Positions 59,180 to 64,000 of a stretch of 64,000 nt of DNA are shown here, one piece after another. Made by a program: the position numbers and the translations under genes. The notes under the pieces were generated by a model. That model saw only the letters and a list, made by a program, of their open reading frames with translations, had not been told where the DNA came from and ran no database searches. Source of the stretch: an uncultured Acidobacteriota bacterium (GTDB lineage: Bacteria > Acidobacteriota > UBA6911 > RPQK01 > JAPXNP01); the NCBI GenBank assembly GCA_963777605.1, contig CAVZRV010000015.1, forward strand, positions 96,001 through 160,000, written 5' to 3'. Numbering within the stretch: position 1 is the first letter of the stretch; every line of letters starts with the position of its first letter.

Positions 59180-59881
59180 CTAGTTCACCTGCCGCCCGTC
59201 GAACAGGCGGACAATCCGCTCTGTGGTCGCCGCCAGCCGGTTGTCGTGGGTCACCATCACAACGGTCGTTCCCTTCCGGTTGAGTTCCCGGAGAATGGCC
59301 ATGATTTCGTCTCCCATCTCGCTGTCCAGGTTCCCGGTCGGCTCGTCGGCAAGTACGATCCGGGGTTTCCCGACGACGGCTCGGGCGATCGCGACGCGCT
59401 GCTGCTGCCCTCCGGAAAGCTGAGTGGGAAAGTGAAAGGCCCGCGAGGTCAGCCCGACCCGGTCCAAAGCATCCATTGCCGCCCGTCGCCTCTCTTTACC
59501 CGAAACACGCCGGTAGATCAGTGGGATCTCAACGTTGTCCACCACGCTGAGGTCACCCACCAGGTGAAACGTCTGAAAAACAAAACCGATGGTTTCGTTC
59601 CGAAGCCTTGCCAACTTTCGATCGCTGAAGGAACGGATCCATTCGCCATTGATTGAAAGCCGTCCCCGGGTCGGTTCATCGAGCAACCCCATCACGTTCA
59701 GCAACGTACTTTTTCCCGAACCGGACGGCCCCATGATCGAAACGAACTCCCCGTCGCCGACTTCCAGATTGACATTCTGAAGGGCAACCGTTTCGATCTT
59801 GTCGGTTCGATAAACTCTTTCTATCTGGTCCATTTGGATCATCGGAACTCCATTTCTTCTTCTCGTGCTGAAGAGGCTCAT
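59180..59881 (-). CDS. ABC transporter ATP-binding protein (MacB/LolD-like)
   Basis: Motifs GPSGSGKS, LSGGQQQRVAIAR, LADEPTGNLD and VTHD. Confidence 0.95.
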   Translation of the reverse strand: MSLFSTRRRNGVPMIQMDQIERVYRTDKIETVALQNVNLEVGDGEFVSIMGPSGSGKSTLLNVMGLLDEPTRGRLSINGEWIRSFSDRKLARLRNETIGFVFQTFHLVGDLSVVDNVEIPLIYRRVSGKERRRAAMDALDRVGLTSRAFHFPTQLSGGQQQRVAIARAVVGKPRIVLADEPTGNLDSEMGDEIMAILRELNRKGTTVVMVTHDNRLAATTERIVRLFDGRQVN

Positions 59882-61140
59882 TACTGAATTCGAATCCTGG
59901 AGAGATGTTCGAAGTCGCTCATGTCAGACATGATGACTTCGTCGCCCTCCGCCAGTCCGGCTTTCACTTCGTACTCGTCGAAGCTCGCCATTCCGATCTC
60001 AACCGGAGTCTTGACCGCGGATGACCCGTGAATCACGAAGAGTTCGTTGGGCCCCTCGCCATTGATTGCAGGCCCTCGCGGCAACTTCAATGCACTTTCC
60101 GTCCAGCCTGTAACGATGAACACATCGCAGCGCAAATTTGCGCGGAGCTGCGGATTGGAACGGTCATCCAGAGCTGCGCGGAGAGTCATTACTCCATCCT
60201 TGATCGTAGGCAGCACACCGGACACCCGGCCCGGCAAAACGGACTGGTCGTTCAGCTTGACTCGAACCGGCAACCCAGGAATCAGCCGTCCCGCATGGAC
60301 GTCGGATAAGGTCGCTTCGACCCGAAACGAACTGAGGTCCGCGATGCGGGCGATCACGTCGCCTTTCTGAACGGTCGTCCCTTCTTCGGTTACGACCCAG
60401 GTGAGTACCCCGTCCCGATCCGCGTTCGTTGTGGCTCGTTCGAGCAAACGCTGGGCGTCCTCCCTCTCCTTACGCAGAATGTTCATTTCGAGTTCCAGTC
60501 CCTTGAGCTGGGTGCGGGTGGACTCGCGTGCCTTCTCGATTCCGGCTTTCAACTGGGCGAGTTCAATGGCCGCCTTGTCCCGATCGACGGAGGCACGGTG
60601 CAACTCTTCCTCGGAAATCAATCCTTCCCGGCGAAGCCGGCTGCGCAGATTGGCCTCCAGCTGAAAGGACTGGAGATCCAGTTGCTTGGTCTGGAGCTGT
60701 CCCTGGAGTGTGATCAGCGTATTCTCCAAATCGAGCTCGAGCTTTTCCTGCTGGTTCCGCTTGATCGAAATCTGCTGATCCAGTTTTTCCATTGCCAGGA
60801 TTGACTCCGACATGTCGAGCCGAACAATGGGCTCTCCGCGTCTGACCCGGTCTCCGGGCCGCCGCAAGATCTTCACCACCCGGGCGCTGATCGGACTCGA
60901 TAGCACCTGTTCGAACTCGGGCTGGACCAACCCCGAGGCGGAAATCGTTGTTTCAATTGGGCCGGAGTCGACGATGGCGGTCCGGATTCCGGAACGGGAG
61001 ATCGACGGCCGCAGCAAATCGGCTCCCCAAACGAACAGGCACACCAACCCGGCGACAATCGCGAGGACGGTCAGAACTCGGCGGGCGGTGCGCTTCCTCA
61101 CGACATCGGTAGCGACCGGGCGATCCATTCCTTGACTCAT
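59881..61140 (-). CDS. Efflux periplasmic adaptor (MacA/HlyD family); start may be ATG 61128
   Basis: N-terminal TM helix, lipoyl-like PGDRVRRGEPIV, long coiled coil and GLAEGDEVI. Confidence 0.88.
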   Translation of the reverse strand: MSQGMDRPVATDVVRKRTARRVLTVLAIVAGLVCLFVWGADLLRPSISRSGIRTAIVDSGPIETTISASGLVQPEFEQVLSSPISARVVKILRRPGDRVRRGEPIVRLDMSESILAMEKLDQQISIKRNQQEKLELDLENTLITLQGQLQTKQLDLQSFQLEANLRSRLRREGLISEEELHRASVDRDKAAIELAQLKAGIEKARESTRTQLKGLELEMNILRKEREDAQRLLERATTNADRDGVLTWVVTEEGTTVQKGDVIARIADLSSFRVEATLSDVHAGRLIPGLPVRVKLNDQSVLPGRVSGVLPTIKDGVMTLRAALDDRSNPQLRANLRCDVFIVTGWTESALKLPRGPAINGEGPNELFVIHGSSAVKTPVEIGMASFDEYEVKAGLAEGDEVIMSDMSDFEHLSRIRIQ

Positions 61141-61153
61141 CGGAAGGGTCTCC

Positions 61154-61259
61154 AGCAATTGCGGTGCCAAATTTTACAGTCATTGATTTTCAACGACTTA
61201 CGGGAAAAAGAGGGAAACGGGCCGTGCGTCAACGGACAGTCGATGTCCGTTTCCGAACA
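61154..61259 (-). promoter_or_regulatory. sigma54 promoter with an IHF-like site and tandem upstream activator sites
   Basis: TGGCAC-CGCAA-TTGCT on the minus strand (61169-61154); IHF-like TTTCAACGACTTA (61188-61200); CGTGCG-N4-CGGACA (61223-61238) and TGTCCG-N4-CGAACA (61244-61259). Confidence 0.75.
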
Positions 61260-61412
61260 GTCCTTCCAGGGAAGTTCAACCTCGGCCTCATGAACCGGCC
61301 CGGGAGCCCGGCTCTTGCCGGACACCCCAATTCAACCCGGCCCTGCGAGCAGCACCGCGAGTGGCTGAGGGGAACACGATCAGGTTCGGGCGTGTTCCGG
61401 TAAACTGATGCC

Positions 61413-62579
61413 ATGGAAACCCTTAAACCTGATGAGTTGCTGGCGCTGGTCGAAAGGGTATTCCAGCCGTCTCCCGGCGATCGTGCCCTTTCAATTCTGG
61501 TCGATCTTCCCGATCATGCCGTCCCCGATAGCGACGAGTGGCAGGTTCGAAGGCAGATGGCCATCGAATGGGCACGACAAGTGGGTCCCCGCCTTGCTCC
61601 TCTGAGTATTGGAGTGCGTCTTGTGCTCTACCGGAACGCCAAGGCACACAACGCCGACCTCCCGCCCCTGGCGTGGAACTGGCCTGTCGAGAAGAACCTG
61701 CCGGCGTCGGCCGACGACCTGAGCGCCGCGTCTGCGGTCCCCTTCGAAGAGGTATTTGAGGACTCCCGCATGATGATGGCTCCAACCGAGTTCTCGGCGA
61801 CGGCGCCATTGAAGGTCGCCGCCCGCAATTTCGGCTTTCGGGCGGCCACGATGGGCGGGTTCTCGGCAGCCATGATTCCGGCCCTGCGAATCGACTACCG
61901 GGATGTCAATCATCGAGTAAATCTCCTGAAGGGATTGCTGGATCGCGCCTATTCGGCGGAACTGGACTTTGAGTTGCTCGAAGACGGCAGCCTTGTTCAC
62001 CTGGTTCTCGACCTTCGCCACCGATCCGCGCATGCGTCCGGAGGTCTGTTTCTCGAGCCGGGAACAGTGGGAAACCTGCCCTCGGGAGAGGCCTACATCG
62101 TCCCCTACGAAGGAGAACGGTACGACGATCCGAGTCAGTCCGAGGGCGTTCTTCCCGTCCAGTTCGGAGACGAAATCGTGATCTACGAGATCCGTCAGAA
62201 CCGTGCGATTTCAGCCCGGAGAGGTGGCCCGGCCGCAGCCCGCGAGTCTGAACTGCTCGCGGCCGAACCGGCCTATGCGAACATCGCCGAACTGGGACTC
62301 GGGGTCATCCGGGATTTCGGGGTCCGTCCCTGCGGGAGCATTCTTCTGGACGAGAAACTCGGCCTTCACATCGCTTTCGGGCGGAGTGACCATTTCGGCG
62401 GAAAGGTCGGTCCAGCCGACTTCAGTTCGCCGTCGGCGGTCGTCCATATCGACCGGGTCTACATCCCGGAAGTGCAACCGGGAGTCTTTGCAAAGTCGAT
62501 GAACCTGGTGCTGCCGGACGGGGAAAAAGTGCCGATCATCCTGAATGGGTCCTACGCCCTCCAGTTCGGCCAAGGTTAG
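61413..62579 (+). CDS. Aminopeptidase T/M29-like metallopeptidase homolog
   Basis: Motifs GNLPSGEAY, NIAELGLG, ILLDEKLG.HIAFG and VHID resemble the M29 catalytic domain. Confidence 0.6.
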   Translation: METLKPDELLALVERVFQPSPGDRALSILVDLPDHAVPDSDEWQVRRQMAIEWARQVGPRLAPLSIGVRLVLYRNAKAHNADLPPLAWNWPVEKNLPASADDLSAASAVPFEEVFEDSRMMMAPTEFSATAPLKVAARNFGFRAATMGGFSAAMIPALRIDYRDVNHRVNLLKGLLDRAYSAELDFELLEDGSLVHLVLDLRHRSAHASGGLFLEPGTVGNLPSGEAYIVPYEGERYDDPSQSEGVLPVQFGDEIVIYEIRQNRAISARRGGPAAARESELLAAEPAYANIAELGLGVIRDFGVRPCGSILLDEKLGLHIAFGRSDHFGGKVGPADFSSPSAVVHIDRVYIPEVQPGVFAKSMNLVLPDGEKVPIILNGSYALQFGQG

Positions 62580-62642
62580 GTAGACACCGGTGCCTCGACA
62601 GCCAGGCGGAAACGGGATAGGGTAGAGTTCAGGAGGTCAACG

Positions 62643-63185
62643 ATGTACTGTGCGCTGGCAGTTGTCGCGTTGTCCCTTGCACTGAGTTTAGGACTCCCCC
62701 CAAAGATCGCTTCCCAATCCCAGGAAACCGCCGAGAATCGTGCCGAGATTCTGGACGCGGCCCGCGATCTGATGCGGGCCTCTCACTACTGTGCCCTCAT
62801 CACGCTCGGGGATGATGGTCGGCCGCTGGCTCGTACCATGGACCCGTTCGAGCCAACCCCTGACTTTCACGTCTGGCTCGGGACCAACAAGCGGACCCAC
62901 AAGATCGCCCAGATCCGGAAGGATCCGCGGGTCACCCTGTACTACTTCTCACCCGATTCTCCGGGCTACGTCACCATCCTCGGATCGGCCCGAATCGTGG
63001 ATGACGCCGCAGCCAGGAAGCAGTACTGGAAGAAGGAGTGGGCTGATTTCTACGAGGACGGGAACGAGGGCCCCGACTACATCCTGATCGAAGTCGTTCC
63101 GCAGACGATCCAGGTCGTCAGCTACAGCCACGGCATCGCCAGCGATCCACAAACCTGGGGCCCGGCGACCGTGAATTTTCCTTAG
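62643..63185 (+). CDS. Pyridoxamine 5'-phosphate oxidase-like FMN-binding protein (general stress protein 26-like), with a signal peptide
   Basis: Motifs ALITL.DDGRP.ARTM, K..QI.KDPRVTLYY and YILIEV.P; AGGAGG RBS. Confidence 0.8.
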   Translation: MYCALAVVALSLALSLGLPPKIASQSQETAENRAEILDAARDLMRASHYCALITLGDDGRPLARTMDPFEPTPDFHVWLGTNKRTHKIAQIRKDPRVTLYYFSPDSPGYVTILGSARIVDDAAARKQYWKKEWADFYEDGNEGPDYILIEVVPQTIQVVSYSHGIASDPQTWGPATVNFP

Positions 63186-63461
63186 TACTCACGATCATAG
63201 ATCCGGTCACGTTTATTGGGAGTGCGACGGTTCCCTGCTCGCGGCGCGACGGCGAGGCTATGATCGGGAGTACTTAGTCGGGAGGTCAGCGTTCGAAAAC
63301 GAGGTCCTGCCCCTCGGCAAGGGAAAAGGACCTCCGCTGCCCGTCGATTGCGATGCTGTACTTTCCTGGTGCATTGAACCTTGAATTTGCCGAAAAGTTA
63401 ATCAACACTTTTGCCAGTACATTTCCTTCCCGAAAACAGCAATTTACGTCTGGAGAACAGT

Positions 63462-63845
63462 ATGAAACCAGTACTCGGCAAAGTTGAACCTCAGATATAC
63501 GCACTGATGCGGATCGTTGTCGGCCTGCTTTTCTTCTGCCATGGAGCCCAGAAGATCCTCGGCCTGTTCGGAGGGATGCAGGGTCACACAGTTCCGCTCT
63601 TCTCGAAATTCGGGGCCGCCGGGCTGATCGAGATTACCGCGGGAATCATGCTGATGCTCGGAATCTATGCCGGCTATGCCGCTTTCATCGCCTGCGGCCA
63701 GATGGCCGTGGCCTACTTCACGGTGCACTTTCCACGCGGCTTCTGGCCGATCCAGAATGGCGGAGAGCTGGCCGTACTCTACTGCTGGGTATTCCTCTAC
63801 ATTGCAGCCAAGGGCTCCGGGACCTGGAGCGTCACCCGGCGCTGA
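63462..63845 (+). CDS. DoxX family membrane protein
   Basis: Motifs RIVVGLLFFCHGAQKI, MAVAYFTVH and NGGELAVLY; GGAG RBS. Confidence 0.92.
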   Translation: MKPVLGKVEPQIYALMRIVVGLLFFCHGAQKILGLFGGMQGHTVPLFSKFGAAGLIEITAGIMLMLGIYAGYAAFIACGQMAVAYFTVHFPRGFWPIQNGGELAVLYCWVFLYIAAKGSGTWSVTRR

Positions 63846-64000
63846 TCGAAAGTTCAATCGGGCGGATTTGAAAACCTGGAGAATTTGGACCGTCTGGAGG
63901 GAGATCGCAGCTTCGAAATCGGACCCGCAGTCAACTGCCTTTAGGCATCCCGCGCCAAAGGCGCTGAATCATTCTAAGTCCATCGGTCGTACGATTCCTG

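Overview
A 64 kb, GC-rich bacterial chromosomal window (GC roughly 60% by eye). Gene content resembles Acidobacteriota (DUF1080, DUF2911, many Tat/Sec-exported carbohydrate enzymes); this taxonomy is an inference. About 47 protein-coding genes are supported, mostly for glycan, sugar-acid and peptide scavenging: GH106-like and GH3 hydrolases, a BNR sialidase-like protein, a sialic acid locus (SSS transporter, nanA, AGE epimerase), M3/M14/M29-like peptidases and many transporters. There is also a sigma54-controlled MacAB-like ABC exporter with its two-component system. I saw no rRNA, tRNA, CRISPR array, integrase, transposase or defence system. Main observations: (1) a nickel-pincer LarA-family racemase/epimerase embedded and translationally coupled within a kdgT-pdxA2-DUF1537 kinase tetronate locus, suggesting a possibly undescribed four-carbon sugar-acid 2-epimerase step; (2) a dense cluster of DnaA-box-like 9-mers at about 53.9 kb with no dnaA in the window; (3) several normally cytoplasmic enzyme families carrying twin-arginine signals; (4) a truncated MurF-like ligase with a four-Cys tail overlapping an AsnB-like amidotransferase; (5) several short-period repeats and a perfect 42-bp palindrome. 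Two genes (asnB-like and a sugar porter) carry single-base homopolymer insertions that may be sequencing errors. All product calls come from motif recognition by eye, not database searches.
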